DNA of 64,000 bases from Clostridia bacterium (GTDB lineage: Bacteria; Bacillota; Clostridia; TANB77; CAG-508). Under the pieces are notes generated by a model. It had not been told where the DNA came from and did not search any database. It saw only the letters and a list, made by a program, of their open reading frames with translations. The position numbers and the translations under genes were made by a program. The DNA lies in contig CAADYJ010000080.1 in assembly GCA_900753245.1 (NCBI GenBank), forward strand, positions 3,228-67,227, written 5' to 3'. Of the stretch, positions 42,901-51,318 are shown piece after piece (within the stretch, counting starts at the first letter, position 1; the number at the start of each line of letters is the position of its first letter).

Positions 42901-44904
42901 TACTGTTATGTCTGCTGTAATAACTACGTTTGTTCCTCCTGCTAAATTTTCTAAATTATATTGTGTTTGTGTTCCTTGTAATTCCAATGCTATTGTTTTT
43001 GTTCCATCTGCATTTTGTATTAAGTTTGCATTTTTTACTGTTAATTCTTTATCAAATAATACTTGTATGTTTTTTACATTAATACTTTCTATATAAGAAG
43101 GTAATTTAATTTGTATTGTTGGATTTTTATATAGTTTGCAATCTAAAGAGTTTGTTTTTAGTATTGCTTTTATTTCTACATTTTCGTTTGTTACTACTGT
43201 TGATAGGTTTTGATTGTTTATTACTAATTCTGTTTCAAAACTTGGCTCTACAAATGCTACTACTTTATTTGCTGTTTTTTGTTCTACTATTTGTCCTGCA
43301 TATATTGCATCTACAGTTGTATTTATTTCTAATGAAGTAAATTTTTCCATTTGCTTTTTGCTGTATTTTATATCTGTTTTTATTGCTTTTGTTGCTTTTA
43401 CTTTTATTTCACCTTCTGTTAATGGTTTGCTTGTTTCCATTGCAATTTCAGAGGCTTCTATATTAGATATGTCTACTTCATATTTTTCTTTGTTTATTGT
43501 GTCTATTATTGTGTTTCCTACTTTTATATTAATAAATCCATCTTCTCCTAAGAATTTATTAAACTCTTCTTTTTCTACACTTACTTTCTTAATATATTGT
43601 GTAGCTGCTCCTTTTGTTTTTTCGTCTATTACAAAGTTATCTGTATTTAAGTTTATTGCTATGCTATCTACTATATCTACTAATCCTATATTGGCTGTTA
43701 TGTTTTCTTCGTATTGTGTTTCATTTTTTTCTGTTGCTTCATAATTTGCATATATATAACCTTTGCTTAATGTTTCTACGTTAGTGTTTACTTCTGTATT
43801 TATTACGTTTCCTATTTGATCTTTTAATAGTATTTCTCCTTTTGCTTCATTTTCTATTATGTCTTCTTTTGCTCCATATGTTGTTATTTGTGCTTTTGTT
43901 TGTATTTGTATTTTATTTCCTTCTTCTGGCACATTGTTTAATATTTCTTGTGGATATATGTATGTTATTATGAATTTGTCTTCTGCATTTTTACTCCAAG
44001 AAATATTTCCTTGTTCATCTATTTTGTTTTCTACTTTTATTGTTATTTTTCCTGTTTGTTCGTCATATTGATAGTTTTCTTCGTTAAAGTTTTGTGCGGT
44101 TTCGTCTCCATTTGTTGCTTTTGTACTTTCTGCTACTATTTTTACTGAAGTTGGTTTTTGGTTTGCTATTACTGGTGCTATTATTTCTATATTTTCTTCT
44201 TTTACTGGCATAGCATTATTGGCTACTGATGATTTTATTTGTGTTTGTAACATTACTCCTTGGTTGTTTGCTACTGTATATGGTATATATCTTGTAATTT
44301 GTTCTTCTAATGCTAATGTTGTTTCTTGTGTCCAATCTAGTTTTACTTTTATTTGTGCTTTTATTTGTTTTTCTTTTCCTTTTGCATCTATGTATGTTCC
44401 TGTCAATTTCGCTATGTTTTCTTGACTAAATTGGTTTAATGTTATTGTATCTTTATTGTCAAAAGATATTGGGATTTGAACACTTACTTGTTTGTCTTTA
44501 TTGATTTGGTTTAGTTCTATGCTATTTTCTTCTTTGTTTAATTTTGCTACTGCTTTATTTTCTTGTGCTAAGTCTTGTAGTTTAAAGTTTGCAGTTTTAT
44601 TTTCCTCATTTGCTCCAAATTCTATTTTTGCATTTTTTAAATATCCAGCGTTTTTAACAGCAATACCTATGTTAATGCTGTTTTCTTCTCCTATTTTGCT
44701 TTCTTTTTCGTGTGTCTTGCTATTTTGACTTACAAAGTACGCGTCAAATTCTACATTTTCGTTGTTTGTTTTCACACCTTGTACTTCTAGTTCATTTTCT
44801 GCTGCATATACTTTTTTCGCATAAATTCCTATTGTTGATGCATATGCTAAAAGCATGACCATTACTATTTCACTTGCTATTATTTTGCGAATTATTTTTT
44901 TCAT
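39991..44904 (-). CDS. giant secreted cell-surface protein A1 (~1637 aa from the second ATG): multiple Ig-like/DUF11 repeats, a Cna-B domain, isopeptide-pilin-like C-terminal domain, C-terminal LLTVKTGE + TM + KRKILG
   Basis: Signal peptide MKKIIRKIIASEIVMVMLLAYA. DUF11-like YTVKVTNSGDLAANNLKITVP. Cna-B ISGQVWLDENKDGQKDEQEKKMQNVEVMLLNN...DGKYTFTEVPKGKYTV. GGGGAGG RBS sits before the second ATG (44904). Paralogous to A2. Confidence 0.75.
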   Translation of the reverse strand: MKKIIRKIIASEIVMVMLLAYASTIGIYAKKVYAAENELEVQGVKTNNENVEFDAYFVSQNSKTHEKESKIGEENSINIGIAVKNAGYLKNAKIEFGANEENKTANFKLQDLAQENKAVAKLNKEENSIELNQINKDKQVSVQIPISFDNKDTITLNQFSQENIAKLTGTYIDAKGKEKQIKAQIKVKLDWTQETTLALEEQITRYIPYTVANNQGVMLQTQIKSSVANNAMPVKEENIEIIAPVIANQKPTSVKIVAESTKATNGDETAQNFNEENYQYDEQTGKITIKVENKIDEQGNISWSKNAEDKFIITYIYPQEILNNVPEEGNKIQIQTKAQITTYGAKEDIIENEAKGEILLKDQIGNVINTEVNTNVETLSKGYIYANYEATEKNETQYEENITANIGLVDIVDSIAINLNTDNFVIDEKTKGAATQYIKKVSVEKEEFNKFLGEDGFINIKVGNTIIDTINKEKYEVDISNIEASEIAMETSKPLTEGEIKVKATKAIKTDIKYSKKQMEKFTSLEINTTVDAIYAGQIVEQKTANKVVAFVEPSFETELVINNQNLSTVVTNENVEIKAILKTNSLDCKLYKNPTIQIKLPSYIESINVKNIQVLFDKELTVKNANLIQNADGTKTIALELQGTQTQYNLENLAGGTNVVITADITVNKLTPNIDSEISMVVTNENDENSEINEVTNKISFSAPVGIVTMNGISNYKDGAEELTSITGEEKVAELPILSSQKEATFKMSVMNNYKNDIENVSILGRTPFAGNKEILSNKDLNSTMDLDLTTGISVEGIDSNKVQVYYSENGEATKDLNVQSNGWVAEPTDLSKVKSYLIVTNDYVMPTGEAITFNYNANVEEGLEHNQSSFETYAVYYSNNLEEGTVEDRQETAKVGATTGQGPKIEASISANVENGATILSDDEIEYTVKVTNSGDLAANNLKITVPTPENAIYSGDDENIKDGICTISTLKQGETIEKIFKFYIERIDGDINEKEEISTQATIEYEGLEAKIETDKITNYVRNKVFSLEQEISVDNEENNIKNVEEGTNVNYELNIYGYYETKNTIIEINIPTELEFIKATYGKQEIDKSKITYDEKTEILKITGLELKIQDSQTLKINLKVKETKEEVYSKDLKIKTTVYADNVEKENTDEKVITIIKNSLSITQSCTIPEGENISGTEEFEYKIIIESKGSKTGESKGIKLIDKFPKELVFEKATIMKDLKEEEIKGIVLTEDNELKIILALKDGEKQEIKIYARVGYVEEDTKITNKITATIDKKEIEINSISHTLKATEITDNDNPNVSENKRISGQVWLDENKDGQKDEQEKKMQNVEVMLLNNVTGNLEKEKISTSEDGKYTFTEVPKGKYTVIFLYDTANYSSTTYRKQGVDSTLNSDAIDTQIILGEEKRTAAITEEIEVTNSNIYNIDLGLVVNPKFDLKLDKAVSKITVQDSTGTKTYDYKDTKLAKRDLVGKQINSTTIVIEYKIKVTNEGAVSGYAKKIADYIPAELKFNSELNKDWYQGENGAIYSSSLANTLINPGETKEITLLLTKKLTQENVGLINNTAEIQEAYNDLGLQDVDSTPANKVSGEDDMSSADVLLTVKTGETILFIVLSLGIISAITASAYVIKRKILG

Positions 44905-45366
44905 AGTTCTTTTTCCTCCCCAATTTTTTGACATATTTTTGGCTTATTATATATATTAACTAAATTTTTGCATATTTTTTGTCGTTTTTCAAGGTGTTTT
45001 CCTTTGATAGCAAGCGTTACAGCGTTTATCTCTTTACGGAAACTAGTTTTCAGCTTTTTTTATTAAATTTTAGTTACATTGTTACATTTTTATTTCTTAT
45101 TGCTTTTTTGCTGTTTTTTTCCATTTTTTTATTTTTTATATTTTTTGTATTCCTTCTGTTTCTAGTATTTTATGTTTTTTATTGTATTTTTTGTTTTTAT
45201 TGATTTTTTTTATTTTTTATTTTTTTGTCTTTTTTAGCTTGTAAATACTACGGCAATTGGATTTGCGTGTTTTTTAACTTTTATCTTAATTCAACTAAAT
45301 ATCTAACTTGTACTTTTGTATAAATTGATTAAAGTTATAATTTATAATACTTTTTCTTGTTTTCTG

Positions 45367-45395
45367 TTGACATAAGTTTGTTTTTATGTTTTAAT
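45367..45395 (+). promoter_or_regulatory. Candidate promoter (TTGACA-N17-TTTAAT) for the Rpn gene
   Basis: Perfect -35 hexamer read directly. The -10 matches 4/6. Confidence 0.3.
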
Positions 45396-45566
45396 ACTTT
45401 TATTAGATTGCATAAAATGCAATTGTTTATTTTCTAATAATTTATTCAATTTTTTAGTTCTTTTTTTAATCAATTTTTTATTATTATGGTAAGTAAAAAT
45501 AACAAGGAAAGGAGGTTTATTTGTTTTATGCAATTTAAAATAATTTTGTAGAAAGGATATTTTATT

Positions 45567-46568
45567 TTGACTAAAAAAAATCTTCCAGCTCCTAAAATGG
45601 ATGTTGTTTTTCAATCTCTTTTTAAAAAGGGAAATGAAAATATAACTATGGCACTTATTTCTGACATTATAGGTAGAAAAATTAAAAAAATAGATTTAGA
45701 TAAAAACAAAAGTTTACTTAGAGAATATACTAAAGATAAATTGGGAATTTTGGATCTAATTGCTGTTTTAGACGACGGTGATATTTGTAATATTGAAGTT
45801 CAACTAGCTGATAATAAAGATATAGAAAAACGCTTATTATATTACCATTCTAAAATTTATTCTCAACAGATGTTGGTTGGTGACAAATATGTTGATTTGA
45901 ATAAGACTATTTCTATTGCTTTATTAGATTATAATTTAGAACAATTACGTCATGTAGAAAAAGCTCATACTTCATGGCATATTAAAGAGGATGAAATTAA
46001 TGGATTAATATTGACAAATGAGTTAGAGATGCATATAATAGAGTTACCAAAGATAAGAAAGATGAGTAGGAATGGTAAAAAAGATGCTATTATTGATTGG
46101 ATGTTATTTTTGGATAATCCAAATAATAAGGAGGTTTCTGAAATAATGAAAACAAACAGAGAAATAGAAGAAGCAATGCAAAAGTTAGAGGAAATCACTT
46201 CTGATGAGGAATTAATGAGAATTATTGATTTAAGACGAAAAGCAATATTAGATGAAAATCAAAGAAGATATATTGCAGAAAAAGAAAGAAAAGAGGCCGT
46301 AGAAGAAGCTGTTAAAGAAGGGCTTGAAAGAGGCATGAAACAAGGTATAGAACAAGGCATTAAAAAGGGTATTGAACAAGGCATTGAACAAGGCATTGAA
46401 CAAGGCATTGAGCAAGGAATCGAGCAAGGAATCGAGCAAGGAATCGAGCAAGGCACTAAAAATGAAAAATTTAGAATTGCTAAAAATTTGATTTCTCTTA
46501 AATATGAAATTGATAGTATTGTAAAAATAACTGGCTTATCTAAAGAAGAAATTGAAACTATTTTATAA
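45567..46568 (+). CDS. Rpn-family (YhgA-like, PD-(D/E)XK) recombination-promoting nuclease / putative transposase, intact. TTG start
   Basis: 333 aa. Contains the D...DxxxE(V)Q block (ILDLIAVLDDGDICNIEVQLAD), a coiled-coil C-terminal half, and the conserved tail ITGLSKEEIETIL shared with the 7644 pseudogene. Confidence 0.7.
   Translation: MTKKNLPAPKMDVVFQSLFKKGNENITMALISDIIGRKIKKIDLDKNKSLLREYTKDKLGILDLIAVLDDGDICNIEVQLADNKDIEKRLLYYHSKIYSQQMLVGDKYVDLNKTISIALLDYNLEQLRHVEKAHTSWHIKEDEINGLILTNELEMHIIELPKIRKMSRNGKKDAIIDWMLFLDNPNNKEVSEIMKTNREIEEAMQKLEEITSDEELMRIIDLRRKAILDENQRRYIAEKERKEAVEEAVKEGLERGMKQGIEQGIKKGIEQGIEQGIEQGIEQGIEQGIEQGIEQGTKNEKFRIAKNLISLKYEIDSIVKITGLSKEEIETIL
46344..46451 (+). repeat. 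Coding microsatellite: 9 tandem 12-nt units (GGCATTGAACAA / GGAATCGAGCAA) encoding (GIEQ)n in the Rpn protein
   Basis: Read directly. The protein shows GIEQGIKKGIEQGIEQGIEQGIEQGIEQGIEQGIEQ. Confidence 0.85.
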
Positions 46569-46589
46569 ATAAAATGTATTAATTTAATA

Positions 46590-46628
46590 ATAAAAAACCA
46601 ATTAAGATTTTTTCTTAATTGGTTTTTT
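46590..46628. terminator. Bidirectional terminator between the Rpn gene and B2
   Basis: AAAAAACCAATTAAGA-TTTTT-TCTTAATTGGTTTTTT. The 12-bp stem is flanked by A-runs and T-runs. Confidence 0.65.
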
Positions 46629-46633
46629 ATTAC

Positions 46634-49600
46634 TTATTTTTTTAAAAATTTCTTTTTGATAACAATTATTCCTATTACTAAAATTCCTACGGCTGCGAAT
46701 ATTGTGCTTGTTATAATTATTATATTCTTCATTTCACCAAATGGTGGTAATATTTTCACTACTTCTGCTTTATCACTATCTACTTCTGCTGATTCTGACG
46801 TTGGATCTTGATTTCCTACTATAGAATAACTGTTTATTCTACCTACTGTATTACTTGTTTTAACTATTTCTACTATGTTTTTATATGTTAAGTCTGAGCT
46901 TTCATTTTCTGGTGTAATACTTTGTGTTAGATATAAAGTTTCTTCTGCACTACTATTTCCTCCATTTGTTTGTGAGTAAATAACTGGTACTAATGGTGTT
47001 TTATTAATTGCACTATTTTCTGTTGTTGTTATTATTGTATTAAATGTATTTACTTTGTCTTGTAATCTAGCATTTACTAACTTTTGATTTGTTATTTCTT
47101 CTTTACTTATTACTTTCCAGTTAGAGTTTTTAGTATTATCAAATTGTAAATTATTTGCAACATAATCTATTACTTGGTTTGCTGTAGTTGTTGCTACTTT
47201 CTTTTTATCTGATACTATTCCTGTGTAATAGAATTGGTTATCATTATAGTCTGTTTCTCCTACGTTCGTTACTGTTAATTTATAAGTAATTTGTATTGTA
47301 GCACCATGCATTAATTCTTCGTCCATACTTAATTGTACTAATCCTGATTTTTTTGCATTAGAATTTCTTATTTGAGTTAATATTCCTTTTGCATAAACTG
47401 GTTCATATGTTTCATTTTTCTTCCACAATACATTTGTTGCTGTTTGCTTTGCATCAAATAATACTGAACCATCTGCAAGTACTACTTTTACATTGTCCAC
47501 TTTTTTGTTTATTGCAAGTTGTGCTTTTGGTCTTTCTTCTAATCCCAAGTTTACGTTTGCAACATTGTATTGTATGTCATTGTTTCCTTGTTGATTTCCT
47601 AATTCTATTTTATCTTTTTCTACTTCTACATTAATGTTACCTGTTTCTGCTGTCATGGCTGTTAATTGTTTAAATTTTTCTATTTGTTGTCTTAATGTTT
47701 CTTTTGTTGTTCCTTCTGGAACATTTCTATAAGATGCTAATAATTCTGCCATTTCGTTTGTTATATTGTTAGAAGAATTTTTTATTGTTTCTTGTCTACG
47801 GCTTGCAATATCTTTTGCCACAGATACATCTTTTCCGTCTAATGCTGTTATATTATATAAATATGTTCCTGTTTCATTTTGATTTGCATAGTCTTTATAA
47901 CCATATATATCTTTATTTAAATATTTTAAGTAATATTGTCCTTCTTGAGATATTCCTGGCTCATATGTTGTTGATTTATAGTCTTGTCCATTGTAAGATC
48001 TTGAATTTTTTCCTTTTGCTCCTAATGTATTTGTTACGTCTGTTTGTGTATTTGTTAATACTGTCTCATCGTTGTCTCCGTAGATAAATCTTACTATGTA
48101 GTTTCCTGGTACAAATGATGTAAATACATATTTACCTTTTGTATTATCTGTTACTGTTTGTACTATGTTATTTGAATTAATTATTGGTTCATATGTTCCT
48201 TGGCCTGTTAAAAATTCTTTCCATACGTATTGACTACCATTATCCATTAATTCTACTAATTGTACTCTTACTCCGTCAATTCCTTCTTCTCCTTTTTCTT
48301 TTTTACCATTACCTGTTGCTGTTGCTTGAGCTTTTTCATATTCTGTTCTATTATCTTCCCAAGCTGTTCCTTCTATTGTTCTGTTGTCTTTTTCTAATAT
48401 AACTCTTAAGTTTATTGCTTTATCTGTATCATCTTCAAATTTATTTACATCTACTGGTGACTCAATATTTCCTGGTACAGAATCTCTATCAAAAAGTCCT
48501 GCTACTTTATTATTATCTGTTAATCCTACGTTTGGAATTTCTGTTCCTTCTTTATATTTTGTGCTATATCCATTTATTTCTGCTATATTTTGTTTTCCTA
48601 CATCTTGTTCATCTAAATAGATAAATCTTGATGGATCCTTTCTTACTTTAAATGTTAAGTAAATATTGGCTGTTTGTCCTGATGATAAATATATTTCATC
48701 TAAGCCTGTAATATATAAGTTGTTATACCCTTCACTTTCTAATGATGTTCTTGTATTTGCTGAATATTTACTTTGTTCACTTGCTTTTACATTTTCATAT
48801 TTTACCTTGTTAGCTCCACTTCCAATTTCTATATATGAACGATCATTTACATATTCGTATTCTTTATCATAGTAATCTACTATTTCTTCTATTTTTGTTC
48901 TTATTGATTGTGATTGGTTCCTTACCCTAATTTTATATGTTACATATACTTCTAATTCTCTTTGCTCAGTTTCTCCATATTTTTGAGCTATTTGATTAGT
49001 ATTCAATGAATTTTGTTCTGAGTAATCTTCTACTTTGTATAGGTAATCTGATTTGTATATTTCTCTTGAATATTGTGTATTATAATATGCTGCATCTGAA
49101 AGTCTTACTCCTATATCCCATATTGTATTGTCGCCTTCTTGAGTTACTTGTTCCTCTTTTGCTCTTTGGTTATAGTAGTATGTTTCTTGTCTTCCTTTTA
49201 TTTCTATTGTTGCTTTTTCTATTTCTTTCATTAATGCTACATCTGCTACTTCTCTTCTTGCTAAGCCAAAGTCTATTTGTAGATGCTCTGGATATAATGC
49301 TTTATATTCTACTCCCATTATTGTTCTTGATTTATATCCTATAGTATATTTATCATATATTGGATATACTTTTCTTTGAGTATCGTTTCCTGTAAATGAT
49401 GATATTCTATTGTCTTCTATGAATTGTAATTTTCTTTTTGTTTCTTCTGTGTTTCCAAATTTTTCTAATGCATTTTTATATGCTTTTTCATAACTTTTTG
49501 TTTCTGATGCTTGATCTATTACGTATTCATATATTTCTTTTATTCCGGATTCAGATTTTTCATTTATATCACTTGTATATGTATTTCCTGATGCATTACT

Positions 49601-51313
49601 ATATTTTAATATAGTATATGCTTTATTGTATGTTCCCACTTCGTAATATAATTTTCTTCTTACTTTGTAGTTTTCTGGATATGAACCTATTTGCTCGTAG
49701 TCTAAATTATATTGTTCTCTTTGTGTTTTTATTTCTGTTGCATTTGAATATCCGCCTGATAAGTTATCTTCGTAATATGTTGGTTGATACATTTGTCCAT
49801 TATATATAAATTCTATATAATATTTGTATTTAGAATCTACTTTATCAAATTCATAATGTCCGTTTTTATCTGTTACTGTTCTTGCTACTTCTTTGTTTTT
49901 AGATGCTTCATATAGTACAACCTCTACTCCAGGTAACATTTTTTCTGTTTCATCTTTTTTACCATTTAATTTTGTCTCTTTTGTTTGTTTATCATCTTCC
50001 CATACATTTCCTGCTAATTTAATTGTTAGATTTTTCTCTCCTGGTATTTTTATATCAAGTGATGTACTTTCTAAGTGCCTTTTTCCATCTGGTTCTAATT
50101 GATCTTGATATGCAACTATTTCTTCTTGGAATTTAGTTGATACCTTGTCACTATAGCAACATCCTGAACAGTATGTTATTCCGCCTTTTCCATCTGAATG
50201 ACCATCACAATGTGCTGTATGTGAATGTGAGAATACTGCAACATATTTATGTGATTCAAAATAGTATAATTTTGCTTCTGCTTTCATCCACTTAAAGTCT
50301 ACATGTATATTTTTTATATGTATATCTTTGGGAGCTTTTATTTTTATATAAAATTGTTGTCCTGATGCTGGGTAATTTTGTGCTCCAGTATCTACTAAGT
50401 TTTTGTCATCTACTGGTGTAAAATATCTTGGTTTTATTTCTTTTTTAAAGTTTCCTTCAGAGTCTTTTACTATAAATGATTCTATTTCTATACGATCTGT
50501 TTTTTCTCCTACTACATACATATCTGATATTCCACCAAATACTATTCCATAATTTCCATTTATATAAGTCATAGAAAATGGTCCTACTAGGTATTCTTGT
50601 TTTGTATAGTCTCCTAATACTCTAACATTTTCTTCTTTTGTTGTATTTTGTGGATTCATTGTTCCATTATTTTTATCTAGTTTTCTTGCAAATTGTTCAT
50701 AATATGCTGCTTGTAATGCTAATTGTGATGCTGTAATTCCATTTCCTGTTACTTTTGGTGCTTTTTTGTTTTTATTCAATGTTGGTGTTTCCCATATTGC
50801 TTCTTGTTTTATTGCAGACCAACTATTCCAGTCTGGATCAGGATAAGTTACTATAAAAGCTTCTGTATATGTTGCTGCTTTTTGTTCTTTTAAGAAGTAA
50901 TATGGTCTAGAATAGATTTTTCCTTTTCCTGCATCTGGTGTTGTTACTTCTCCATGTGCTGATTCTTTTCCATTCCAAGTAGTTACCAAATCTTTTATAT
51001 CTTCTTTTGTCTTTCCTTTTCCACTTAAGTGTGCACCTTTAGCTGCACAATATAACTGTCTTTGATCTACTAATACTCTCCAATAACTTGAATCTCCACT
51101 TTGTATTTTTTGAAGGTTGTCTGTATTTACTTCAAAGCTTCCTCCAATGTTTCCACTAGATCCATAGTCTGCAAGTGTTGGTGCTTGTTTAACTTTTTGC
51201 AATGCTACTGTTTGTGAAATAACATTAGGGGATTTTTTTAGTAAAATATATCCTAATACTAATGTTAATAATATTATTATTGCTATACTAGTATTTTTTA
51301 TTATTTTCTTCAT
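46634..51313 (-). CDS. giant secreted cell-surface protein B2 (1559 aa), paralogue of B1. C-terminal ILPPFGE + TM + KKKFLKK
   Basis: Signal/TM MKKIIKNTSIAIIILLTLVLG. Cna-B-like LPGVEVVLYEASKNKEVARTVTDKNGHYEFDKVD. The C-terminal ~900 aa are collinear with B1 (GLEERPKAQL..., LSMDEELMHGA.IQITY..TVTNVGE.DY.DNQFYYTG...). AGGAGGGG RBS lies 5 nt after the A2 stop. Confidence 0.75.
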   Translation of the reverse strand: MKKIIKNTSIAIIILLTLVLGYILLKKSPNVISQTVALQKVKQAPTLADYGSSGNIGGSFEVNTDNLQKIQSGDSSYWRVLVDQRQLYCAAKGAHLSGKGKTKEDIKDLVTTWNGKESAHGEVTTPDAGKGKIYSRPYYFLKEQKAATYTEAFIVTYPDPDWNSWSAIKQEAIWETPTLNKNKKAPKVTGNGITASQLALQAAYYEQFARKLDKNNGTMNPQNTTKEENVRVLGDYTKQEYLVGPFSMTYINGNYGIVFGGISDMYVVGEKTDRIEIESFIVKDSEGNFKKEIKPRYFTPVDDKNLVDTGAQNYPASGQQFYIKIKAPKDIHIKNIHVDFKWMKAEAKLYYFESHKYVAVFSHSHTAHCDGHSDGKGGITYCSGCCYSDKVSTKFQEEIVAYQDQLEPDGKRHLESTSLDIKIPGEKNLTIKLAGNVWEDDKQTKETKLNGKKDETEKMLPGVEVVLYEASKNKEVARTVTDKNGHYEFDKVDSKYKYYIEFIYNGQMYQPTYYEDNLSGGYSNATEIKTQREQYNLDYEQIGSYPENYKVRRKLYYEVGTYNKAYTILKYSNASGNTYTSDINEKSESGIKEIYEYVIDQASETKSYEKAYKNALEKFGNTEETKRKLQFIEDNRISSFTGNDTQRKVYPIYDKYTIGYKSRTIMGVEYKALYPEHLQIDFGLARREVADVALMKEIEKATIEIKGRQETYYYNQRAKEEQVTQEGDNTIWDIGVRLSDAAYYNTQYSREIYKSDYLYKVEDYSEQNSLNTNQIAQKYGETEQRELEVYVTYKIRVRNQSQSIRTKIEEIVDYYDKEYEYVNDRSYIEIGSGANKVKYENVKASEQSKYSANTRTSLESEGYNNLYITGLDEIYLSSGQTANIYLTFKVRKDPSRFIYLDEQDVGKQNIAEINGYSTKYKEGTEIPNVGLTDNNKVAGLFDRDSVPGNIESPVDVNKFEDDTDKAINLRVILEKDNRTIEGTAWEDNRTEYEKAQATATGNGKKEKGEEGIDGVRVQLVELMDNGSQYVWKEFLTGQGTYEPIINSNNIVQTVTDNTKGKYVFTSFVPGNYIVRFIYGDNDETVLTNTQTDVTNTLGAKGKNSRSYNGQDYKSTTYEPGISQEGQYYLKYLNKDIYGYKDYANQNETGTYLYNITALDGKDVSVAKDIASRRQETIKNSSNNITNEMAELLASYRNVPEGTTKETLRQQIEKFKQLTAMTAETGNINVEVEKDKIELGNQQGNNDIQYNVANVNLGLEERPKAQLAINKKVDNVKVVLADGSVLFDAKQTATNVLWKKNETYEPVYAKGILTQIRNSNAKKSGLVQLSMDEELMHGATIQITYKLTVTNVGETDYNDNQFYYTGIVSDKKKVATTTANQVIDYVANNLQFDNTKNSNWKVISKEEITNQKLVNARLQDKVNTFNTIITTTENSAINKTPLVPVIYSQTNGGNSSAEETLYLTQSITPENESSDLTYKNIVEIVKTSNTVGRINSYSIVGNQDPTSESAEVDSDKAEVVKILPPFGEMKNIIIITSTIFAAVGILVIGIIVIKKKFLKK

Positions 51314-51318
51314 TATAT

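Noticed and set aside
45567-46568. Considered annotating the Rpn (transposase_31/YhgA-like) gene as an IS/mobile element
   Set aside because: I could find no terminal inverted repeats or target-site duplications by eye. Rpn proteins are domesticated nuclease-like proteins rather than autonomous transposons, so it is kept as a CDS.
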